From positions 12,917,276 to 12,981,275 of the forward strand of contig MU057344.1 of NCBI GenBank assembly GCA_013239625.1: a stretch of DNA of 64,000 bases. The letters run 5' to 3'. Origin of the DNA: Lama guanicoe (lineage: Eukaryota). The notes under the pieces are model-generated. The model ran no database searches. It saw only the letters and a program-made list of their open reading frames with translations, and was not told where the DNA came from. The number at the start of each line of letters is the position of its first letter. Position 1 is the stretch's first letter. The translations under genes and the position numbers were made by a program. Positions 52,875 through 64,000 of this stretch are shown piece after piece.

Positions 52875-54057
52875 NNNNNNNNNNNNNNNNNNNNNNNNNN
52901 NNNNNNNNNNNNNNNNNNNNNNNNNNNNNNNNNNNNNNNNNNNNNNNNNNNNNNNNNNNNNNNNNNNNNNNNNNNNNNNNNNNNNNNNNNNNNNNNNNNN
53001 NNNNNNNNNNNNNNNNNNNNNNNNNNNNNNNNNNNNNNNNNNNNNNNNNNNNNNNNNNNNNNNNNNNNNNNNNNNNNNNNNNNNNNNNNNNNNNNNNNNN
53101 NNNNNNNNNNNNNNNNNNNNNNNNNNNNNNNNNNNNNNNNNNNNNNNNNNCTCCAGACCCCGTCCACAACACTGCGTTGGCCACCTGCTGTCCTCCGGGG
53201 TCTAAACTCACCAGCGTGTGACCCCCTCTGGCCTAGAGGAAGTTATTCCACAGCCATTGCTGTCCACCCACCAAGTTCAGTTACAGAGATGGTGGAAGGC
53301 TTCCTTCAGCTCAGGCAGGACACAGGCTGGAGGAATCTAACAGATTCGGGAGGAAATAATCCAAAAGACCAAACTAACACAGAAACTATGCGGTTGGCTC
53401 TCCCACTAAAAACCCCAACACAATCCCTCTCACTCTCCACCTGTATCTCTGAACAGCTCTCACCCAGATCAACCTCTCCCCAAATCTGGGGACAAGCTAA
53501 GTCAGCTGGGTATCAGTAACTGCCAAACCCTCTTTCCTGTGCACGGCCAACGGGCCGCTGTGTTCCTGGCGTTGNNNNNNNNNNNNNNNNNNNNNNNNNN
53601 NNNNNNNNNNNNNNNNNNNNNNNNNNNNNNNNNNNNNNNNNNNNNNNNNNNNNNNNNNNNNNNNNNNNNNNNNNNNNNNNNNNNNNNNNNNNNNNNNNNN
53701 NNNNNNNNNNNNNNNNNNNNNNNNNNNNNNNNNNNNNNNNNNNNNNNNNNNNNNNNNNNNNNNNNNNNNNNNNNNNNNNNNNNNNNNNNNNNNNNNNNNN
53801 NNNNNNNNNNNNNNNNNNNNNNNNNNNNNNNNNNNNNNNNNNTAANNNNNNNNNNNNNNNNNNNNNNNNNNNNNNNNNNNNNNNNNNNNNNNNNNNNNNN
53901 NNNNNNNNNNNNNNNNNNNNNNNNNNNNNNNNNNNNNNNNNNNNNNNNNNNNNNNNNNNNNNNNNNNNNNNNNNNNNNNNNNNNNNNNNNNNNNNNNNNN
54001 NNNNNNNNNNNNNNNNNNNNNNNNNNNNNNNNNNNNNNNNNNNNNNNNNNNNNNNNN
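52875..54057 (-). CDS. UBR4: Hidden canonical UBR4 exons (expected DKDDDD...QQDQQ and SSSSALG...DTTAS) inside N-runs 52875-53150 and 53575-54057
   Basis: About 140 aa of the recalled protein between NTPMG and APASDD are absent from readable sequence; the gap sizes can hold them. Exact coordinates are unknown. Confidence 0.6.
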
Positions 54058-54844
54058 TCCCTTGGCATGGGATAAGATAAGGCACACGGCAAACAAAAAC
54101 CAAGACAAGCTACCAGCTAGCACCCTGTGCTGCAGAGGTGAGCTCCAAGGGGCTATGCCTGGCCCTGCTCTCTTGCTTCCTGGACCTAACTGGATCTGGG
54201 AAGGTGGTGTTGGCAGTGACAGCCTGCCCCACCACCCTTAGGAAAAGGCTTTTCTAGCTGATACAGGAAAAAACAAACAAAAACCAAAAACGTGGATTCC
54301 AAAGGGATTTCCATAAGGCAGAGAAACTGAAGACCAGTAGGCCCTATGAGCTCCCACCAACCCTCAGGAGACCTTGGGCAAGACAGGGAAAACAATACAA
54401 TGGAGATGTTTATCTGTTATCTGTACTGGCAGCTTGAAGTGTTATTTTACTGTTTCTTTCCCAAAACAACTGGGTCAGTGAGATTTTCACACTACACAAT
54501 CACTATGAGAAGAATCAGAATTGAAATGTAGAACCATCGAATGGAAGCTGAGGACAGCACTACAGGTCCGCCCAGACCAGCTTGTGTGTGAAGGGGAGAG
54601 GCCTTCTAAATAGGGACAAGTCCAGGTGAGACCCCTAATCAGAAGAGGATGGAGAGCTCGCCTTCCACTTGATGAGCTGAGAAAAGCATGTGGATATGGC
54701 TTTAGTTGAAAACAAACTGTCTGGACTCTGGCTTCTCCCCAGAGAAAAGAGAAACAAACTGTCGCTTGACTCATCAAAAGCTTAGATAAGATGAACGATA
54801 CTCGAGGAAGAAGGTCTGAAGGTCTCAAAGTTACATGCACTCCT

Positions 54845-55135
54845 CTAGACCTGCACTGTACCATATAGTAGCCACAGCTGCTACTTACAATGTCACTGGT
54901 CCAAACTGATGTGTGATGTTAGCATATAGTACCCACTCGATTTTAAGGACAGAACAAAAAATATTTTTCAAGAATGCAAAACATTTTACAAATAATTTTT
55001 TATGTTGACTACATTCTGAAATATTTTTTGAAATACTGGATTAAGTTAATTATTAGTAAGTTAATTTCACATATTTCTTTTTACTCCTTATAATATGGCT
55101 AACAGAAAATTGAAAACTATGCATGTGACTTTCAT
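54845..55135. mobile_element. MER33/MER3-like hAT MITE
   Basis: ctagacctgcactgtaccatatagtagccac ... gttaatttcacatatttctttttact ... aaactatgcatgtgact. Confidence 0.7.
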
Positions 55136-55685
55136 TGGAAATTTACTTCTGAGCCAAACCAAGTAACCAGAGTTACATAATATACTAACGCAGTATTTAG
55201 GCACTTCATAGAACTGCTTTGACTAAAATGTTAAATGTTATGTCCTTGACTTGTGTCCAACTGTATCACGAGGGAAGTCTCTTACGAAATTCGCTGTTGA
55301 TCTTACTGTAGGTAAGTCCACTGAGGATACTACCCCTCAGACAACAAAATGAAGCCTTAATGTAAAGGCTTTCAGGCCAGGAAATTTTTCATTTCCTGAA
55401 AAGTGGTATTTTTTTTCTTTATAGTCACTATGATTTTTGAACTGTTCTTATTTTAGTTTGGCTCTTAGGAAGCTTTCGGCCAAATATAAGAGCTTCCCTT
55501 AACCACCATGTAGGACTTTGTGATGTAGATTTCTTTGCATCCTTGGCTTGATTCTACTATTGTAGCTGTATTTCTCCCTGGTTTTGATTTTATTTTCATT
55601 CTAGTTACTATATGCATTTTTATATACCACCTTAAATTCTGTGTGGAATAAAGTAGAGTAAAACAAGTCTGCAGAACCTTGGTCA

Positions 55686-55901
<216 letters not shown>

Positions 55902-56199
55902 TCATTCTTATTCTTAGGTTTTATGTTACTCATGAAACTGTCTAGAAAACACTTTCCTTTCTTGAACAGTCACTTACAGTCACTACTCTCACCTGCAACC
56001 CTGCTGACCAAGGCCAGCAGTTAACCCCATTTCCTGACCTGAACAAGACAGACCAAGTACATCCCTTTCCAAACGCTTTCTTTTCCATGAAATAAGATCT
56101 TAAAGCTTTTTTAAATATTCACAATTCTTAATTCCCATTACCATCCTTTAAAACTGTTTTATTTCAGTAGTTGGCAAACGTACAAGAAAAAATTTTCTA

Positions 56200-56388
<189 letters not shown>

Positions 56389-57189
56389 CTACTAACTACT
56401 TGAGAGTCCAAGATAAAAACAAAAATTCTTATGCCCACATAAAGGCCAAGCTAACACAAAAATGACAAGCACACACAAAAACACACATGCAGATATAGGT
56501 CGTCAGCATTATTTGTGATTTGTTAATAGTCTCCTGAATCTCCCAAACTGTCCTCAAAAGCCTTTCCAAATATCCTGCATCACAGAAAAAAGTGTCTACT
56601 CTTCATGGACATCACAAGACAGGACAGAGAAGTGTGAAGAGGGGAGCAGATTCTAAATGTTCCCTACTATCCCCAAACGGCAGGTGATGATGAAGACGGC
56701 CTCCACGTGCCTTTCGGGTTTACCGCCCTAGCAACCTCCAAACACAAACGAGCACGAGGGGTCCTTCTATTTTCCTAGATAGCTATTCAGATCCTTACTC
56801 TTCCACCTAAACCTTGGAGAGCATGAGAAGTTAAATACCAAAGGAAGTACTGGCTGAGAAATAAAATAATTCTCAAAGATGATGCCTAACTTCTACCTTT
56901 TCAACTGGCTTTGAATCAAGCTTTCAAAGACTTTTAAAAATAATTATAAATACCAGTAAGCACGTGCACATATATACACATGCCTTTATGTGAAATATTC
57001 AACCCAACATGAAGAGAGAGAACAAAATCCCACTTCTCTGCTGCACTGCTAAGTTCCTGTATCAGGAACAATGCTTCCATCTCACAGACTTCTATTTCCT
57101 AGCTGTTCATTCTGGAAGAGATGGATGATGAGGGCTAAGATCAAGAGTTCAATCTGATCAAAGAAAAGAATTCACATCAGGCTTCACTA

Positions 57190-57399
<210 letters not shown>

Positions 57400-58151
57400 G
57401 NNNNNNNNNNNNNNNNNNNNNNNNNNNNNNNNNNNNNNNNNNNNNNNNNNNNNNNNNNNNNNNNNNNNNNNNNNNNNNNNNNNNNNNNNNNNNNNNNNNN
57501 NNNNNNNNNNNNNNNNNNNNNNNNNNNNNNNNNNNNNNNNNNNNNNNNNNNNNNNNNNNNNNNNNNNNNNNNNNNNNNNNNNNNNNNNNNNNNNNNNNNN
57601 NNNNAGGATCTTTACAGCAGATTCAGAGATCTCAGGTCCAACAGTTCAACTTCTAAAAGCTAGGGGAACATCTGGGATTTCCTGAAATGATTCCTGGATC
57701 ATAGTACCAGAGGAGGAACAGGATGATGACAGCACGTGGGAGCATGTAAACAAGACAAATGTAAAAGGCATCAATAAACTCTATTTGATGAAAGCCAGTT
57801 TGGTACCCAGCCAACATGAGGAGAGAGAAGAAAACAGAACCGAGCACTGCAAAAGGCCACTACACATATTAATAAAATACTGGTGAAAGAACAGCTTGAA
57901 AGCAAAAGATATGACCCTATTACTTTAAAGCAACCAGGACACAAGCTTAACTTTACCCTGAGGATTTTAAGAGGTAGTAATTTCAGAGACAGATTATAGC
58001 TGACGTCCAGAGCACTAAATAAACTCAAGAATAATCCAAGGGGTAAGCACTGGAAAGAGTATTTACATAGAATAGTACAATCCTAATGTCAAAATCCCTA
58101 CAAGGTACAAAGACAAGAGAATAAAATCCCTGTCTTAAGAGTCTGAAGTCA

Positions 58152-58418
<267 letters not shown>

Positions 58419-59422
58419 CTACAACAAAAGAATCACAGAGGATGAACCAAAAGCAAGGGCTGGGCACTAAAGCAAAGTGGAGAGGAGCACTGGCAAGTCA
58501 TCAGGACGGCTGCCTCCTCTCAGGGAAGCAGGTTAAGTACCACCGACTACCTGCAACAAAACTTCAAAGCAGCCCAGTGCAGTTAAACTTCTTAATACAT
58601 AAAACATTAAAGGTACTAAAAAAAAAAAAAGAAAAGAAAAGAATCAAAAACCATGAAATCAGTATCAAAGTATGATAGGAAAATTGGAAGCCACCCAATT
58701 CTCCAGAACTGCAACACCCCAGATCTCTTTCCTACCGAAGTCATTTCTTTGCAGGTTCATACCAAAGACATGTTTCCACAATTGCCTTTCTCTGAGAGGT
58801 TCAGCAGGTTAAACTCACATTTCTCAACTCTCTGGGTTGAAGGCACAAAAGTTAACCAATGCATCTGGGCTGGTGGCTTCTTCCTCATGGATCTGAACAG
58901 TCTGTCATATTTTCCATTTATAGAAACTGGTCTAACTTACTGCCTTCAGTCGCTACTTACTTTTATAGCTAAGACCCTCTCTCCCCAGATTTCCTCAGTC
59001 TCTCCAACAACCACTCAACAAATACCTCAGAAGCAAGTCCACCTTGTTTAGGGTGGTCCACAGCTGGAGGAGTGAAGACACCAGCAGACCTGATCTCCTG
59101 AGTGACTTCCCTAATCCCTCTTCCAGTGAGAAACCACCCACACTCAAATGTCCCTCCCCTCCCTTCCTTAATTCTTGCTGATCCTATTAAAGTGACAGGA
59201 AAAAAATGAACGCAAACCAATGGTGCACTATTGGCTTGTTCTCAGTTTGAGTGATATTCATTCATTTCTCAGGAGAAACTTAAGACTGTTTGGGTCTAAT
59301 CTCTATGGTATCCTTTCCCAATCATACTTTGCTATGTCCTTGCTTTACATCCAAAAAGCCAACTTACTTGATTCCCTGCCAGTATCACAACTTCCATTTC
59401 CATAGAAGGCATCCCTGATTAC

Positions 59423-59557
59423 CTTGTGACTGTGATAGGCTGAGCGGCTGGTGTGCAGGCTGGCCAGAAGGCTCTTGGACTGCTGCTGGACACTGGCAGG
59501 GGCTGGCAGGGACAGCAGCAAAGTGGCCAGCTCCTGAGCTGCATTCTTGTTTCTCTC
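59423..59557 (-). CDS. UBR4: UBR4 exon ERNKNAAQ...YHSHK
   Basis: atcag / GTAATC, 135 nt. Confidence 0.95.
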
Positions 59558-59984
59558 CTGATGCAGAAGACAGCAGGGTTGTCACTAACCCCACCAAATC
59601 CATGCAGAATGAACTATCTATACTCTGCCCTCCCTCTTCCTCCTTTCTCAGCCACCAGGATTAGGTGATGCTCCATGGACTGCAAGGAGCAAAACAAGGA
59701 ATTTCAGGACTACAATCCTCCCAAAACATAGCTACAGAAATTGAGTCTAAGCTCACGACTTCCAGAACAGTGTTCTTTTATCAGCACTCATCCTGTTCTA
59801 CGAAGCACTCTCATGGTAGGTCCCCAAAAAGTAGGACAGAAGCTGAAGACTTCTCTGTGTCATCTTTGCAAATCACCGTTATGTTATAAACATTCTTTAG
59901 CTGCAAGGCTTTAGGGCCTCTGATGACTGCACTGACTTCCTGCCTCTTTAGAAAGCGCCCATGTGCTTTAAAAAAGAAACTTGC

Positions 59985-60048
59985 CTTCTCGATGATTGGC
60001 CCAACAGCAAAGCAGCTTTCCAGGGCTTCTAAAGAACTCACAACCAGC
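59985..60048 (-). CDS. UBR4: UBR4 exon (R)LVVSSLEA...PIIEK with GC donor
   Basis: cctag acceptor; donor AAG|GCAAGT; 64 nt. Confidence 0.92.
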
Positions 60049-61982
60049 CTAGGGAGACAGAAAAGCTGGCTTGAGTACATCAACAACGCTTCTCTCCGCC
60101 TGGTGCTTTAGCCCTGCACAGGCTATAGTCGTGAGGACCTTGAGGACAGCTAATGAATGCCAAATACAAAATCAAAGCACAATAAGACCTGCCACAGGCA
60201 CCATGCATATCGTTTCCTTGTGTTACAGGCCAGAAGAAAACTGGCTCCTGCTTGGAGATCAACCTGAGGCCATGTTCATAATCCATAACTCAAAGACAGG
60301 GCTTGTCTTCCTCAAAGAGGATAAACGTGCTTCCTCCTGCTGCCTGTGGCAGGGATCACTGAGACGGGTTTAACAGTCTCGATGCAATGGGACCCAAATC
60401 TCAGGTGCCCAGAGATCAGTAGGCAAAGGGGATACACAAAGGGAAAGGTTAAAGCCATCTTCTTATACTGGGGAAGCTAAGGTTAGATTTTACTTACACT
60501 TCAAAGAAAATGCACAAAGGCACGTCCTATGAGTCCCTAAGAACGGGGAAGAGGACAAACTGTATTTTCAGGTGCATGCCAATTGCCAACATTCAAAGGT
60601 ACTATAAAGCACCTTTAGAAAACCAGGCAATTTTCTCTAAGGGAAGGATAGGAAACCCAACTGGTGAAGGGTATCAAGTGACATGCTCCCCAGGGCTCAC
60701 TCCTGTGGGTTTAATGCGGCACAGAAAAAAGACCAACACCCTGGGGGCTAAAGCTCTGGACAGAAAGGGAAAAGCATGGAGAAGGTAGCTGGAGAGAAAA
60801 AGGTCAAGGGGCAGAGGAAGGCACTGAAGAGCTGGGGAAGGGGGACCTGGGGTCTAAAACCAAGGCAGACAGAACAAGCTCTCAGGTAGCTTTTCAGACA
60901 GTAGAACTTCTCCATTGTCCTGGCACCCCCACCCCCGTTTCTCATCCACAGTACAGAGGGAGCAGAGAGGGACGGGGTAAGGAAGAGGAAGCCAAAGTCT
61001 GAAGCGGCCAACACCAAGCGCGCACGTAGAACCCTTCACATTCTCCACTTTGACACGGGACAGCTCTGCAGCCATGCAATGAGCAGAACAGAAAGAAGCA
61101 GAGGACATTTCCACAGACGCGGAATCAACGCAAAGCCACGCCATCGCTTACACGGCTCCCTGACACACACTCGCTCGTNNNNNNNNNNNNNNNNNNNNNN
61201 NNNNNNNNNNNNNNNNNNNNNNNNNNNNNNNNNNNNNNNNNNNNNNNNNNNNNNNNNNNNNNNNNNNNNNNNNNNNNNNNNNNNNNNNNNNNNNNNNNNN
61301 NNNNNNNNNTAAGCAAACAACATAAGAATAGGGTAGGGGAAGAAAAAGAAAGAGAAAAAAGGGAAGAGGGGAAGCTGCTGGTGGGAGACAGTGATTCCAA
61401 GCCAGGCTATTCTTACAACTTACAATGTAAGAACTGAACATCTTACATCATGAGTTACTGCATCTACCATGGCAAACCAGCAGCTCCCTTGCACAAAGAA
61501 GCCAAGCGCAATGCTTAAGAAGGCCACTGGGGGGAGCCTCAGGAGGCTCTGAACTCTGTGCCAGCAGTGTTATTACCACGTTAGGTAGCTGTTACAGAGA
61601 AAGATGAGAAGTTGATGGAATCAGGACGAAGGGAAGATTTTCCCCTATAATTTCAGCAAGACTGGATCCTAACCTATAACACTGGCTTAAGCATCTTCTG
61701 GTCAGCAGCCCCTGGCTACTCCAAAGGGTACCTGAGCATTAAGAGAAGGGAAGGGACAGAAGCCCCCAGGGAAAGACTAGGCAGTCAGACAGCTCTGAGC
61801 AAGACTCCAGGCTCTGTCTGCACATTAAGGAGACAGTGAGTGTTGGCGGGTTGCATGAAAACTTGAAAATCATAGGCTAAACTCATGAGACATTTATGAG
61901 AGGTTCACTTTCTCAAGACATTGGTTCCGCAGGGAGAGTGGGAAATGATGAGAACTGAAGCCAGCCCCACTGGTGCCAGTAC

Positions 61983-62199
61983 CTCTCCAGAACAGTTCCA
62001 CTCGTGGTGGCAGGGGCAGCTGAGTCACTGTCTCCAGTGCCATTGCTCTGGTTCAGGTTTGAAGGACAGATGTTGCTGACGGAGGCAGAAGGGAATTCTT
62101 CCGGGGGCTCATCGGGCCAGCCAAACTGCTCCTTCGTCTTGCCATAAATTTTTACAGCATCAATCATAGTGACACCTGCTGGATCCACCGAGGCCCCAA
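61983..62199 (-). CDS. UBR4: UBR4 exon (I)GASVDPAG...GTVLE(R)
   Basis: tgcag / GTACTG, 217 nt. Confidence 0.95.
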
Positions 62200-63047
62200 C
62201 TGCAGTAACCAAGAGAAGACTTCAGGATGCACATTCCCTGAAGGGCTAACACCACCGCCTCCAAAGCAAAGACCACACTAGCCTAGACAAAGTACCAAGT
62301 CACACTGACTTTACAGGCACAGAGGAACCTGGTCTCCTGAGGCTTCAGCAGCAATTTAACTGTGTATAGGTGCTGCATACGTGCAGAAACCAAAAGCTTA
62401 TGAAGTCTCCTGCTCAGAAGAAGAGTCCGCAGATGCCACTGTAGGGATCCTCTGGTGCTATCAGGGTACTGCAGCTCCCCCCACCCAGGGATCTCTGACC
62501 ACTCCCTTTGTTCAAAGTACAGACCATCGTCATTCATACTAACAGCAACTGTTTCAACCATTCTGGGAGAAAAAGTATCCAACAGGTGGCCAGTAAAGGG
62601 TAAGGAAAGTTGCCAGCCTTAGGAAAGGCTCAGAGCTTTGGACTCTAAAGGTTTAAAGGCACTGCTAACATCTCTCAGCGATGTGTGCCCTGTGAGACCC
62701 TCATCTGTGCCTTAAGAAAGGCTTGCGATTTCACGTGCTAATCTTGCTGCCTCTGCCCAAACCTGCAGGCAGCTCCATCAGCAAGGCTACCTCGCCCTAC
62801 AGAAGTGAACCCTGAAGCAGAGTTTTACCCTATCTTCACCCCCCGCCATTCTCAAGTATCCCTTTGCTGTCACCTTGTCGCCTTATATCGCAAATGAAGC
62901 TCCAAGTTTCGTGATGGCAGAGATCACAGAGAGATCAGCAGAGGGCTCCCAGAACACTGGAGAGCCACAGCGAAGTGCCCCTGCCCTGCCCCCAGGTCAG
63001 CAGTCTAATGAGAAGGATATGGTCTGTGTCAGGGGCTGGGGACTCAC

Positions 63048-63264
63048 TGAAGAGGTTCAGCTTCTTGTCAGCCTGCAGAGCTTCTTCTCTGGTGAAGGGG
63101 AAGTCAAACCAGCGTGAGCGACTCAGGTTAAGCTGCATAGTTCTGCCGAAGATCTCAATGTACGATGGGGCCCGTTCAACGGCCTGGGTCCCAATCTGGA
63201 TCCGCATGCCTGTCATCACCATAGTACTGTTGTTGTTACTAATCTCAATGCTGAAGCCACCAGG
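63048..63264 (-). CDS. UBR4: UBR4 exon PGGFSIEI...KLNLF
   Basis: tccag / GTGAGT, 217 nt. Confidence 0.95.
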
Positions 63265-63704
63265 CTGGAGGGAGGAGAAACAAATGTCAGAAAATGAACA
63301 CAAGTTCTTAAGGACAAACTTTCAGTCCTTTCTATGACAGTGACATGACGTGCGATCCTACACAGGACCCTTAACCTTTTAACTCTCCAGGAATGACTTC
63401 CTTTCTTCCCAGGATGGGAAAACAGAGGCAGGGAGTAGACCCTTCAACTGCAGGCTTCTTTCTCCCCAGCATTAACCACCTCCTACTGTCCTATCCACAG
63501 TAACCCTGACCCTGCTGGTAACATTGGAATAAGAGCCCTTCTGCATGGGAGTGAGAATACTCATTTATTCTAGGGACCATTAAACTAGAATCAAGGGTTA
63601 GTGACTATGAGTCTTGCCTTCTAAGAGAAGGTATGTCCTCAAACCATACTGCTCATGAGTCCTTCTACCCAGGGACTAGGTAGCCCAGTGCAGTCAGTCC
63701 TCAC

Positions 63705-63868
63705 CTTGGTGTTGGCCACATACATGCCAGTGGAATTCAGCCGGTGCTTTATCTGCTGTGCGTTGTAGACTTGCAGGAGGTCATTACCACCAAACTCCAC
63801 ATCTGTCAGCTGCTGGTTGTGTTCAAAGAAGTCAATGGGGAAGGTCACCTGGCTAGACGTGCGGGTTG
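63705..63868 (-). CDS. UBR4: UBR4 exon [10 protein letters not shown]...VANTK
   Basis: cacag / GTGAGG, 164 nt. Confidence 0.95.
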
Positions 63869-64000
63869 CTGTGAAGAACAGCACCAGATTGCCAGAGAGC
63901 ATTGGTCATTGAGGTCTCTACCACCTCTGTGCCCACTGCACAGATGAAGACCCCCCCAGCCTGAGCTCACATGCGCACGCCCTGACCTTTCTAAGCAAAC

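Noticed and set aside
52707-54123. Long ORFs containing X runs
   Set aside because: Artefacts of translating through N.
55300-55320. Plus-strand ctgtag|gtaagt splice-like motif
   Set aside because: Antisense to UBR4 with no other support for an antisense transcript.

Overview
Mammalian genomic DNA, most likely a camelid (tRNA-derived SINE and L1 3' end of camelid type). The whole window lies inside one gene on the minus strand: UBR4 (p600, N-recognin E3/E4 ubiquitin ligase). I mapped 53 visible coding exons with splice sites and consistent phases. They run from about '[14 protein letters not shown]' (63868) to 'HTVLYVLNT' (1771); both ends of the gene are outside the window. About 140 canonical codons are not visible and must lie in N-runs at 52-54 kb. 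Introns carry old repeats (MIR, L2, L1M, Tigger, Charlie, MER33) and younger lineage repeats. There is no prokaryote-type system and no convincing ncRNA gene. The most interesting signals concern splicing. (i) A cluster of frame-preserving candidate cassette/micro-exons and a frameshifting alternative acceptor lies in the 51.4-53.4 kb disordered-linker region. (ii) A probable cassette exon is hidden in the 61.2 kb N-run, with RBFOX/UGC context. (iii) One intron is GC-AG. (iv) Two exons are recursive-splicing candidates. (v) The N-runs look length-preserving and fall on conserved sequence. Homology statements rest on my recall of human UBR4 and repeat consensus sequences, not on searches.
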